Assembly (NCBI GenBank): GCA_029717555.1
Contig: JAMDHS010000001.1
Coordinates: 558,001-622,000, forward strand
Reading direction: 5' to 3'
Source of the DNA: Peribolospora baueri
Lineage: Eukaryota
Length of the DNA stretch: 64,000 nt
Below are positions 12,851 to 24,400 of the stretch, one piece after another; the stretch's first letter is position 1, and each line of letters starts with the position of its first letter. The position numbers were made by a program, and so were the translations under genes. The notes under the pieces are model-generated. The model ran no database searches and was not told where the DNA came from. It saw only the letters and a program-made list of their open reading frames with translations.

Positions 12851-15800
12851 TCATTGCCTGGCGAGCCACCGCACCGCGCGCCTATCGTCTTTGACCAGCG
12901 GCAAGACTTTTCGCTTGACCTCGGCGTTGTGCTCGACCACCCACTTGCTCTCTTCGGGCGAGAGCAGCGACCAGTCGATCAAAGCGGTGTCGACAGGCAC
13001 CTGCGTGATGCGCTCGAACCCCAGCCAGTTCTTGTCGCCCCAGTCGACTCGCGTAGATACTTGCTTAACGGCAATCAGGCTCTCCGTCTGAACGGAGATT
13101 GGATCGGCAAAACACGCATCACGAGTCCACTCAGTCAGCTCGACTTGGGTCGGGGCCACAAAAGCATCGGTGACGGAGCGCTTACCCTGATGCCAAAGTG
13201 ACCTTCCAAGTAGAAGCCTGGCTCGTTGGTGATGACTGAACGACCGGGTCGCGAGTCGGACCCAAGACACGAGAACGCATCAGGGGGAAGACGAGGCGAC
13301 TTTGAGCAAGCTCACAAAGTTTCTCAGCGAAGTCCCTTCTTTATTGAACATAAGCAGGACCAACCGTGTCCTTCCTTCAAAATGATGGGCTTCGAAGGGA
13401 TAGAAGACCCGAAGCCGGTGCCGCCTTCGTGTACGGTCGAATACGAGCCTTACAGTCCGACCCGTTCCGATGCAATGACCGTGGCCAAGGGCATGAGCAT
13501 TCCAAGTTCCGTTTCACTTCGCCAGCCAGCTCGTCAGACGCCCACGCACGGAGTGCGGCACTCACCGACGCCGTGACCGAGACCGTGCAGGAAATTCATG
13601 CCGTCTCTCCAGAGTCGGTTGCGCGAGAGCCTTCGTCATTAGACGGGAGGGGACGACCGACCGGAAGCACGTAAATGAGCCAAACTTTTCAACCATGTGA
13701 GCAGTGCGGGGTCACGAAGGGACAGGAGAGACGTATGGAAAGCATGGAAGAAAATGATTCTCACACGTCTAGCTGAGCACCGGCGGTACCCTCAGGAAAG
13801 ATGGCAGTGTCGATAGCGATGCTGTGCCGAGGTGAAGCGAGTCACAGAGAGGCCGCACATGAGCACTGGCGGCGCCTTCGTCACCAGCCCGTTGACCCTG
13901 CAGGGTCGAAAAGACATCGATTGGTCCAGCACCCACTGTCCCTGCAAGACCCTCGTATAAGCCCTCTTCTGCTCCTTGCTAGGTCTCCCAAAGTGCATCG
14001 TGCGCGTCGTATCGATCGTGCCGTCGAGGTATTGGACACCACAATCGCACACGTACGGAGTGTGGCGCGAGATGATAGCGCTTTCTGAGGCTGTTGGCTC
14101 GTAGTGCGGCAGGGCTTTGTGAGGGTTGGGGCGAGAGATGGGTGTTGAGACGAATGGTGAGCGGGACAAGAAGCCAGAAGGCACGAGTCCGACTGAGGTC
14201 GTTGAGGTGCGCTCGTGCTCACCAGCGTTAGGCCCCGTTGCGCTGATAGGCTCATAGCTGTGGCCGCGAAACTCCTTTCCTCCATGCTTCTCTCGAATCC
14301 GATATAGCTCGACCGCCGCGTCCCACTCTGACACCTCGGCCTTCTTGATCCGCACAGACTCGTCGAGCCACGCGGCCCATCGCACCCACGATGCCCCGTC
14401 GCGAAGGTAAGCCGCCTTGAAACCTTCGAGTTCCGTCGAGTTCTTAATCGCTTTGGCGTCTGTGATCGGACTTGAGGGGAGGACACAGACGTTCTCCTAT
14501 TGGACGGAGACGTCAGCCACGAGTAGGCCAAACGTGAGCACCAGTGCTATCCTGAGCTCGCCGGACTTCGAAATGAATCAGCCAAGAAAGACTCGCCTCT
14601 CCGGCAGCCTGCACGACGGCCCAGCTGACTCTCCCATCAACGACGAGCTTTGCCTCATCGGCCTGCCTCCAAACTTTCTCCCTAAGACAATCCCACACCT
14701 CCTCATACTCCCTCAATTCTACCCCCAGTTCCTCGTTCAAATAGCTTCTGGCCTCCTCCCCGATAAGGTCTCCGCGAACGAAGAGGATGGCGCGCGAAGG
14801 GGAGAGAACGAAGTAACCCGGGAAGAGTGGGTTGTACGGGATGCTATTCCCTCGCAAGTTGAGCAACCACGCCAGCTCGTCCAAGGCGCTCACGAAGTAG
14901 GCTGAAGTTTCCGGACAGGTGTCCGGCAAGTGGGAGAGGAAGTGGCGCAAATTGACCAGCTTCTGTGACGCGTGCAGGCCCGCGTACTTGAATGGGTGTA
15001 CCACGACTGGCTCCCTGGACTCGGTTGGCTTGTTATGCCAAACTTCGTCCACGAGGTTGATGGAAGGAGCAACCAGCTTCGCTTGGCGAGCAGTTAGCGA
15101 GGCGGACAGGCGTTTAGCCAGACCTGCGGGGCATATCGGGGGGGAAGAGAAGTGAATAAATATAGAGAGGATCGAATGTGGACAACACGTATGGGACGGA
15201 AGACGTCTAGTCAAGAGCGCCCGTTCAATCAGACAGATGAGGGCCAAAATGAGCTCACCATAGTCGCATAACCTAGCGTCTATGCCAACTTTGGTCCCTT
15301 TTCCGATACCCATGTCCTGCGCGTTCTGAGTGGCAATCCAAGCGTCCCAGTTCACCACGCCCCGCGCCCCGACCTTGTGCAGCGTCCACTCTGGGCCGAG
15401 CTGTTTCTCGGCTTGAATGTGATAGCGACCGTCGACAAAGAGATGCGCCGAGGGCTTTTCAGGAATAGCAAAAATGACGGCCGTCCCAGCTGAGCCATTA
15501 AAGCTATGGAGAAAGCGGGTAAGCCAAGAGCATATAGAGACGATATCAAAGGGGATACACACCCAGAGATGAAATGCCTCCTTTTGTCGGATTCGGCTGT
15601 GTACTCGCTACCGTGAGCATCTTCGCTAGGGACGATGCTGTCCGCGAGTAAACAAGATAAACGTAATCTGAGCTCTTGCATGGAGGTCTTATCGCAGGCC
15701 ATGTGCAGCATCACACTCACTAAACGTCCACGCCCTCCTTTCTCATCACCCCCCTTAACTCTTCGAGCCTTCCAGTGGTATCTTCCGGGACATCGCTTCC

Positions 15801-16001
15801 AACATAACAGACTTTCTCCAAGATTTCAGCCTCCGTTCCTTTGCACGGCGCTTTCGCTGCGAGAGTACGTTCGCTCAGCTGAGAGGCCGTGTCCGAGGCG
15901 GCCAGTTTGGTCTCGAGATGTGGGCCTCCTGGCTGGATGATTCGGTCAGAGCTGTTGGCGTGCTTGGAGAAGAGAGAGCGCAGAGGTGAGAGACAGCTCA
16001 T
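12851..16001 (-). CDS. Xaa-Pro aminopeptidase (aminopeptidase P, M24B), multi-exon
   Basis: Motifs IVPSEDAHGSEY, FNGSAGTAV, FVDGRYHIQAEKQL, LDELAWLLNLRG, DCGVQYLDGTIDTTRT, HGLGHGVG, VHEG, TNEPGFY and GFERITQVP; stop at 12851. Start codon uncertain. Confidence 0.92.
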
Positions 16002-17354
16002 CGTGATGAATGGGATTAGCGAGCGAGAAGCGGTGAAGGAGGACGAAGGTGGTAGGATAGAAAGGCTCCGAGGAGTTGATGCCCACCCGTTATCGTGCGG
16101 ACAACGCCGATGAAGGCCGAACGCCGGCTTTCTTCCGTCTGGGGGAATATGACTTGGCTGGACGTTCGACCAGCAGCCGTCCAGAGGACATCCGTGTGTA
16201 TCGCACGGTCCAAATCGCCATCCAGCATGGTCCAGTTTGTTTAAGGACAGGCACAGCGAGAAGCGGGGCTCAGTCGCCTTTCATCTTCGTTGTGCAGACA
16301 AGGTATCGATCGCACAGCATTCCATCCACTCGTTGTCACAGAGAAAGATCCCAGCGCCTAGAGCGGATTGGGAAAGATGGGGATGTTGGAAGCAGGTAAA
16401 CGCCGAGGTCAGGGAAAGGGAGTGGAGATGTTCAAAGGAATGCAGCGGATGAGCAGGACCTTGCGTACTGGCCGTCAGAGCATCCAAGTAGCACACGGGG
16501 CCATCACCTCGTACAAAGTCGCCTTTCCTTGACTGTTGTCGTGGACTGTCAGCTAGCCGCTCATTCCCCTGCCGTTACCGCTCCCCTCCCCCCGGCGACC
16601 ATCGCGAGAAGGATGTCGACGTCATCAACCGGTGACAAGCGCAGCGGATCACCAAAGCAGGCCGGGCGATGCGGTGGGATGAGTGAAGACGGATGCGGTC
16701 TGTCACGTTTGCGTTATCATGTAATTAGATATGCGTGAAGGTGGTGGGAGCGACGTTGCACATGAAGGTCACCCTAAGGTGCAAATAGGACAGATACGGG
16801 CGAGCACACCGCATCTTGTAGGCACCGCACCAGACCCCATCCAGATAACGGTAAGCGACGAGGACTCGACCAATGGGATGTCTGCAGATATGAGCAAAGT
16901 AATCCATAGACGCTACGTCCAAAGAGAAAATAACTCTGGAGAACTGCGACGACCAAGGAAGAAGGCATAAATGTAATGCAGTCGGACGCAGGCTGTGCGA
17001 TCCTACGCTTGCTCATGTCGTACTCTTCAGAGATGACGAGGAGGACGGAAGATGTAGCATAGACCCAGGAGCGATGGTCAACTGCCACAAGTAGCAAAAG
17101 GACTTGTCACTCATCTCGGACCACCAAGGTCTGCGATGTGACTGGTTGCGGGTCAGTGAAAGGCGCTGGTGTAGGACGAGCGAGAGGTTGCGCATTTGAA
17201 CGAAACGCTCATCGGGATCACGTGGAGGAAGAACCCAGCACGCCTGTCCGATCACCGCAGCCGCAGCCAGCGTTTCCGCAACTGTCTGCGCTCGCCTCAC
17301 CTTCGATAGCACGTCTGCTGTTGGCTTCGTCGTTCCATCCTCATCCTCGGCGCC

Positions 17355-18237
17355 ATGTCTTCGGTGAGTCTGGTCGATTTCTGGCTCCCAGGTGGCGTGT
17401 TTCAGTGACGGATTATAGCGAGTGCGATATGGTCGGCACTCACGCATCCTTTTGTTTTTTCTTACGTGACCCTCGTCGCTCCTTTCGCGCCTATCTTGCG
17501 ACCGCGCCCTCTCTTGCCCCTTTTCTTCGCCCCCACGCCCATAGATCCAGCCGGTGAACCCGAAGCCTTTCCTACAATCCCAGACGGGGAAACAGGTGTT
17601 GGTGCGTCTGAAGTGGGGGATGGAGTACAAGGGCTTTTTGGTCAGCACGGACAACTACATGAACCTCCAGGTAAGTTCCCGAGTCTACTCTGGACGCGCA
17701 CACAACATTGGCCAGGCGCGTTCCAGCCTCGAAGTCCGGCTCTCCAGCGCGAGCGTTTGTGGGCCGATGAGGCCATGCTCTATGATTTGGCGGGCTGGAT
17801 GGCACGACCATTGCCTGGCCAGCGAGCGTGTAGGCGGAATGACCTTCCCCTGCTAGGATGCGCCCCTCTCTTATTGCTCGGACTCGCCCTCTGGCTCGCA
17901 TGAACCTTTCCGCTCTGATGTTCTCTTGAGCGTTCATCCACTGACCTTTACCTCCGTTTTTCTTCCTGCTTGACATGGGCGCTTATTGTAGCTGGCGAAC
18001 ACGGAGGAGTTCCTGGAAGGCAAGTCGCAAGGCCTCCTGGGAGAAGTTTTCATTCGGTGAGCTCTTTTGGATTCTGTGACATTCGTGGTCGTGATTGCCC
18101 TTGTCCTGCGCGCTATCGGCGTCGCTAACGACGCCTCCGTCTGCCTCTTCGGTCTTTCTGATCACCGGCCTGTTTTGGTTCTCGCGCTCAGATGCAACAA
18201 CGTGCTCTACGTCCGGGAACTCGGCGAGGAAGCCTGA
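17355..18237 (+). CDS. SMX3: Small nuclear ribonucleoprotein SmF, 4 exons (17355-17363, 17545-17670, 17992-18056, 18192-18237)
   Basis: Manual splicing gives [81 protein letters not shown], with GT-AG introns in consistent phase. Confidence 0.95.
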
Positions 18238-18631
18238 TGATGACATTCCCTTTCGCTCTGGTATTAAATCGCTGAGAGCGGGAACGCATCGCAGCGGTCG
18301 GGACCGTCTAAGACTACTGTCAAGCCTGCTATCTGGTCATGCAGTCGAGTGTCGAGTCTGATGGTCCCTCCGATGGGATCTGCGCACGACGGGGCGTCGC
18401 CTGGGCAGGTGGAAGGAAGAAGAGGCACGAGCCTGTTTGTACTTATACGTTCGCAGGAGACCGGCCCGAGCGAGTCGTGGGATCGGATCATGCACGCGGG
18501 AGTCTGAAAGCACCATAGATTCCTGCAGAGCGCCCGTGACGTATTTTTTCCCCTTCTTCCGTGGACGCTCGAAGCGACGACGGTGGCTCCGTCCCTGGAG
18601 CGCTCTCGGTACGCACGTCTACGGGCGCGCT

Positions 18632-20265
18632 TCAAGAGAGCTGAGCCCCGAGCAAGGACATGACCTCGTCCTCGTCCATCTTTGCTCCGCTCTTCGCTGA
18701 GGCGTCGACGTCCTTGAGGAGGCCTCGCAGGGAGACGTCGTAGACGACCTCCTCGACCTTTTTGATGTCGTACTGGAAGGGGCGATAGAAGGATGGGTGT
18801 CAGCTGGGGAGGGGGCGCGAGAACATGCGGTGCGCCTGCCTACCTTGAGCGAGTCGAAGCTGTCAAGTGACGGTCGTGAGGATCATCGAGATTCGTCGGC
18901 AAAGCATTACGAAAGGAAGGATGGCGGGGGGCCGAAGGTCCACATCACACGCACCGTTTTCGCAGGCTGTCGTTCTTGAGGTTGAGGAGTTGGAAGCCGG
19001 CGTGAAGGTCCTTGACGAAAGACGCGATGCGAAGAGGGGAATCGAAATCTCCTGGGAAATGGAAAGGGCCAGGTGGTGAGTCCGCTGCAGGCCCTGAGGG
19101 TCTACGACGTCCTAGCGCATCGACACGACGTCGACGTTTGGGACACCCACCGAGAGTGACGCTGTTCACGGCGAGGCGCGAGAGCTCGTTGACGAGGGAG
19201 ATGAGACCCTGGAGATACTCCTCCGTCGACACGACGAAGCGACTCTGCCATTCGGGACGGACTGCGTCCGCCCATTTCGAGAGACGTCGCGGTCATTTGT
19301 CAATCGATGAGCCAAAATGGAGCGAGGAGGACTAACGAAGCGGCAGAGACGTTCTCACCGCCTAACACTTCGGACACCTGCTCCTTGCTCAAGAGGCCGC
19401 CCGTGCCCAAGTAGAAGCTAAAGCTGGCCGCGAAGATGGCCGAGGTGACTGCCTGAGACCAGATTTGATTCCACTGGAGCCGAGGCGAGGCATTGAGGCG
19501 ATGACGATGACGATGGCGAAGGAGAAGAATCGAGGCGTGACGGAGGATGAGTGATTTTCGGTCCCAAGTCTAGCGTACATGCGGCACCGTTCCGCACGCC
19601 AGGTCCGGCGCCGCCGATACGGCTTCGAAAGAGCCTCCTCGAGCCGGGGGGGCCGGGCGGACCCACCTTCCAGTACTCATTTTCGGGAATCAGCTCGGCC
19701 AGAGGCGTGATACCGCCGCGGATGGAAGAGAAGCCGGACGTCGCTTGTCGAACGAGATCGGGGACTGCGACGAGGGGAGCGGAGATGCGAAGGCGTCAGA
19801 TAAAAGTCAGGCCGCTCAACGCAAGGACGCCAGGCAGACCAATCGACGCTACCGCTTCCCTCCAGTTCCCCCCCCCCCTTCCATCTAAACCGGAGCAGAC
19901 GCCCACCTCGTGCGCTAGGCGTAGAATGTGCCCGATTGAGCGTGGCGAGAACCGACCGTGTGGCTTTGTCGAGCTCTTTCGTCCCCTCGCGGATTCGCTT
20001 GACGGCGGGCGGGCGGGCGGGCAGACGGTAGACGGTAGACGGGGGATTGTGAGTACGGTGGAAAGCATGAGAAGGGAAAGAAATGGCGAATGAGCGCGAG
20101 AAAAGCGGCCGAGCGAGGGAGCGAAGCCAAAGCCGAGCCAAGCCACGCCGGCCTGGGAGGCCTTCGTCCGGCCGGCCCACTCACCTCCCTAAGAGCCTGC
20201 TCCTCCTCCATCTGCCCCAAGAGGGGGGAAAAATCGACTTCGAGCATCGTCGGCGGGGTCGTCAT
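18632..20265 (-). CDS. TSN1: Translin, multi-exon, including a 16-nt micro-exon (18844-18859)
   Basis: EEEQALRE...IRE, STEEYLQGLISLVNELSRLAVNSVTLGD, FVKDLHAGFQLLNLKNDSLRKR|FDSLK|YDIKKVEEVVYDVSLRGL; stop at 18632. Confidence 0.94.
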
Positions 20266-20575
20266 GATGTACCAAGTTGTTGTCGATGGATGAAGCACGA
20301 CGGAAGAAAAATGGACGCAGAGCGACGGTCGACGCGAAGGATCGACGACCACTTATGCAAGCGATCCGTCTCATCTACGCGGCGCGCCTGCGAACCCCCT
20401 TCCTCCATCGCCAGGTATACCAAACCTCGTCGGACTCCTCTTTCTTCTTATTTTGAATACAAGTTACGATATCAAACATGAACGATGTAACAGGCGGAGG
20501 GGAAAGCCATGTTTGACTGCCAAACGCGACCGGCCAGCGCCGTACGCAAGGCCGGTGATGATCGATCATTCCACG

Positions 20576-21691
20576 CTACCTCGGCGGCGGTGGGAACTTG
20601 CCCAAGAGGCGCTTCCGAGGCTTCTCCACGGCCTCCCAGACCGCACTGAGGGAGAAACCTGCTATCACTTCGTCGCCACCTAGTGCCGCGGTGGGACGGG
20701 GACAGAAAAAGAGTGGATGAGGAGAAAGACGGTGTGGATCCGGTGAGCAATACGTCCCTCCCGGACTAGATCATCCCCGTTCGCAATGCCATCAAACGAC
20801 GGCCGCGCCTCACCCTCAGCACCATCTTGCCAAACAAAGTTTGCAAACTCGTCGAGGTCCATCTGGAAGGGCGGATAACCCTTCCTGTCCCAAGCCAACT
20901 CCGGCTGGTTGTGCTCATCGTGGAGCTCGGACATGATGAGCGGAGGCACAATCTCTGTCACACGTGCCTGCGGGCCCGCGGGGTCTGATTCGGTGGCCAG
21001 TTGGAGTTGTCTGCGGAGGGCGAGAGTGAAGTGGTGGACGGCCGCTTTTGTGGCGCAGTAGTCTTGAGTACGAAGAGAGAGAAGAGTGGTGAGCATTTGT
21101 CGTCTACGTCCTCCGCCATGCTCACCGAATCCCATCTCGCCGGCAGACAACTCGACTTCACCAAGCCAGAGTCGCTCGACCTGAACAAGGTGGACCTGGA
21201 GGTGAGCAGAAATGCATGGGAGTAGTGCATCGATCCTCCTGTGCACGTATGCCCTCTTCTTTCTGTGTTTTTGCCACTCGCTCGGCACGCCTCTTTCTCC
21301 CACCGACAAACTCAAGTGGAAGACCAACTACCAGTCCATCCTCCACCAGGTAAAGTACAGCTTGACGCACCTCAACCGCATCCGAGACGCCGGCAGAGTG
21401 GCCCACCTCGTCACCGTTACCAGTAGTTTGAGCCTTGTGCCCCAGCCGAGAATGCCTGGTGAGTCGCCCTTGCTTTCCCTTCCGACATTTTGTACGTAGA
21501 ATACACACCTCTGATGTCCGCCGTTGAGAATGATAGCGTCGCAAACGGCATCCTCGCCATCGTCGCCGACAAAGGCGCGCATAGCCTTGGCGACACTGTC
21601 CTCCAAAGCGTCCAAATCGGTCATATCAAACCGCACCGTCCTCACCCTATCCCTACCCCACTTATCTTCGATCTCCTTCAGCCGCTCCGTC
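20576..21691 (-). pseudogene. Short-chain dehydrogenase/reductase (DltE-like), 5'-truncated, with two internal exons inverted onto the + strand
   Basis: Minus exon ~21691-21509 (TERLKEIEDKWGRDRVRTVRFDMTDLD...AIILNGGHQR); plus exons 21147-21201 (QLDFTKPESLDLNKVDLE) and 21317-21458 (WKTNYQS...VTVTSSLSLVPQPRMP); minus exon from 21062 (DYCATKAAVHHFTLALRRQL...EIVPPLIMSELHD); probable last exon GDEVIAGF...FPPPPR* ending at 20576. No N-terminal GxxxGxG exon found. Confidence 0.85.
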
Positions 21692-21723
21692 AGGCACAGA
21701 GCTGCGGCGGGCTTAATTAAGCG

Positions 21724-21896
21724 GCCAAAATTTTTCTTCTTGCGCCCTTCGCCGGCGCGGCTTTTTTTGGGGGGCGTGTTTAGACACCACCCCTGCCGAG
21801 CACTACCCTAATGTCGTGTGACACATTACCGAGTGGAGCCAGAATTTTTCTTGCGCCCTTCGGTATCGCCGGCGCGGCTTTTTTTGGGGGCGCGTT
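21724..21896. repeat. Two ~57-59 bp imperfect direct repeats (21724-21780, 21838-21896), each with an internal GCGCC/GGCGC hairpin; transposon-subterminal-like
   Basis: gccaaaatttttcttcttgcgcccttcgccggcgcggctttttttggggggcgtgtt versus gccagaatttttcttgcgcccttcggtatcgccggcgcggctttttttgggggcgcgtt. Confidence 0.85.
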
Positions 21897-22008
21897 AATG
21901 CTGGAACGAAAATGGACTAAAGAACGAGGGGCCGGAGGGGCCGGGTTAGGGTTCACGTCATCCCCAAGAACGCTCACTCACGCCATCCGCCGCCGCCGCC
22001 GCCCGCGG

Positions 22009-22016
22009 GTATAAAG
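22009..22016 (+). promoter_or_regulatory. Probable TATA box of the secreted-protein gene
   Basis: GTATAAAG about 190 bp upstream of the ATG at 22204, followed by a pyrimidine-rich leader. Confidence 0.55.
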
Positions 22017-22203
22017 GGAAGACTGAGAGCCTCAGCAACTTTCTTTGAATCTTCGTCCCACACCGTTCCTTTCACCTTCTACCGAGCTGGGCTCGTTTCT
22101 CATTGTGGTCTTTCAGCTGGTCTGCTTCACCAGTTTTTTTCCTTCGGGACATCGTCTACCGTCTATCGAACCCTTAATCTCCGTGACGCCCCTTCTGTTG
22201 ATC

Positions 22204-22903
22204 ATGGCCACCTTCAGGAAGGTCGCGTTGGTCATTGCGGCCGCGGCAGTCGCGCTTGTCGCCCTCCCTCAGAGTCCTGCCAAAGCCCTCACCATCCCGG
22301 CTGACGTTCGGTATGAGCGTGCCCTTGCTCAGGACGGCGTCGTTGGCGTGCGTGCCGTGGCCGAGACGGACAATCTCCCCGCGTACATGCCTCGCTTCTT
22401 AGTCGAGGTGAGTTAAGGCGCATCGCTTTCGTCATTGAGACCGTCCGTCACGTCCGACGGTACGACTGGGCTCATTCGTCGGACATGTCCGCATTCTGCA
22501 CACTGCTTTCTTTCATCAGGATAATGTCATGGAGAAGAGAGGGTCCTACCCATCGTCTCCAGAGGTGGACGGCTTCGTCGAGGAGAAGCGCTGGCTCAAC
22601 GACATGAACAGCGCGCACGGTGGGGACAGGCTCATCGGCCGCAATCCTCCTTCGAGCGGAAGTCCAGCAGTAAAATCCTTGAAGGGGAACTTGCAGAAGG
22701 ATGACTGGACGAAGAAGCAGAAGGATGACTGGACGAAGAAGAAGGATCTCCTGACGAAGGAGAAGGATCGCACATACCACGCTTGGTGGAGTGAACAGAA
22801 GAACCCGAACAAAAACTATGACAGCATTGATGCAGCTAATAAGGCAATGGTAAATGCTAAAAATAGGCTTATCGCTCATTTGAGGAAGAAGCCCTCGAAG
22901 TGA
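22204..22903 (+). CDS. Orphan secreted protein, 195 aa, 2 exons (22204-22407, 22520-22903), with signal peptide, two KR sites and an internal KDDWTKK repeat
   Basis: MATFRKVALVIAAAAVALVALPQSPAKA signal-like N-terminus; phase-0 intron GTGAGT...CATCAG; EKR|GSYPSSPEVDGFVEEKR|WLNDMN...; basic C-terminus ending RKKPSK*. Confidence 0.8.
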
Positions 22904-24353
22904 ATACAATTCACCCACAGTAGCTATGGTGATCGACGCCACGGGTTATGAACTCTCTGAGCTGTGTTGAATCCTCCAAAAGTGGGGCCTTCACCTAGGT
23001 GGGTTAGACGACTCGCTTGTTATTGGAATCGTCGGCAGCGTGTTCCGACTGGAGCTCACACTCATCGTGCATTTGCGTTCGCATGACAACCCCCCATCAG
23101 ATCCTTGAACGACGTTATCCTGCTGGACGGGGGGGACCATGGCGAGTGTGCGCGGAGGACGCTCGTAAAGTCTCGATTGAAAATACACTGGTGATACCAC
23201 TTTTTATCATCTTGAACTTCGATCGTTATAATATCAATCATCACTATAGCTCATTAGAACGAAAGGACGGAAGGATGGACGTCTGATTAAAGAAAGTTAG
23301 CTGCGGTGGTGGTGGTTGAGATCGAACCCGAACTTCCTTCGCCGCTTCCCTGCGACGACGATGGTGAGAAGAGAGGGCGCTGGCTGGCAAGGTCTTATCT
23401 ATCACTCCCAACTGTTTTCGTCTAGCGGGCCGTCGACTACTGAGTGGGTTCTGCTCCGTCGTTCTCAAACTGTCTAATCCCTTGATGAGAGGATGGCGTT
23501 TCGTTTCTTTCTTTCTTTCTTCCGAGAGGCACCCGATCGATCCGTTTTCGCTGGCTCCATCGCATGGTTTTCTTTCTTTTTCTTAGTCTATATATATACC
23601 CAAGTCTTCGTCGGGGGCCACCGGCCCGGCCGCTCACGGTTCGGACGAGGAGTGAGAGAGAAAAGCCGTTCGCTCGTTCGTTCGTTCTCTATCGGGAGTA
23701 GAGGGAGCCGGCTGGAGCGAGTGGATTGGCAGGTCGACGAGTGTTGAGGAAGAAGGAGCGAGAGGAGTGTCTGGTCTGGTCTGTTCTGGTCTGGTCTGGC
23801 CTAGCCTTGCTGATCTGGCTGATCTGGCCGATACCCCGGCGAAAGCGGCGGGCGGCGGCGTAAGTGGTGGGCTTCTGGGCCGCTCTTTCCTGTTCGTTTT
23901 AGTGCCTCCACCCGGGCGGGCTATGGCTATGGATGGGACCAAGCAAGACTAAAGCGGTACCGCGGCGAAAGAAAAAGCATGGGCTCGCTGACCACATGCA
24001 CCGACTCAGCCTGCTCGCCCGCCCGATAGCCAGCCGGGTATCCGCCCAAAAGCCAGCCAAGCCAGCCAAGCCAGCCAGGCAGCCAGCCCACCGCCAGCTT
24101 CGGCCTCTTGAGGTGGGTGATCCGAGCCGAGGGGCTGCGATGTAACGGAAGGCCCGCGTGCCCGGTCTGCCCGCCTGGCCTTTTTCATCCTCGTCCTTAC
24201 CCCCTTCTGGTATCTTCAACGTGAACGAACGGGTGGAGACCTGGAGGCCAAGACGCCGTGATTTTCGATCGATCGATCGATCGGTCGAATTTGCCTGTCT
24301 GCCTGCGTGATTGGACTGACTTGACCGAAGTGAATTGGATTGACTGGGAACAT

Positions 24354-24400
24354 ACAGATAGACAGATAGACAGATAGACAGACAGATAGAAAGATAGACA
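24354..24400. repeat. (GATA/GACA)n compound microsatellite within a simple-repeat-rich intergenic region
   Basis: acagatagacagatagacagatagacagacagatagaaagatagaca; nearby (GATC)n, (CTGGT)n and (GCCA)n runs. Confidence 0.85.

Noticed and set aside
16016..17300. Short ORFs between the aminopeptidase and SmF genes
   Set aside because: No recognisable motifs and no consistent splice model could be built.
21684..23460. 8-bp direct match GCTCCGTC (21684-21691 and 23453-23460) as a possible hAT-type target-site duplication
   Set aside because: The enclosed ends are not inverted repeats, and excision does not restore the expected SDR GRR or GxxxGxG sequence; likely chance.
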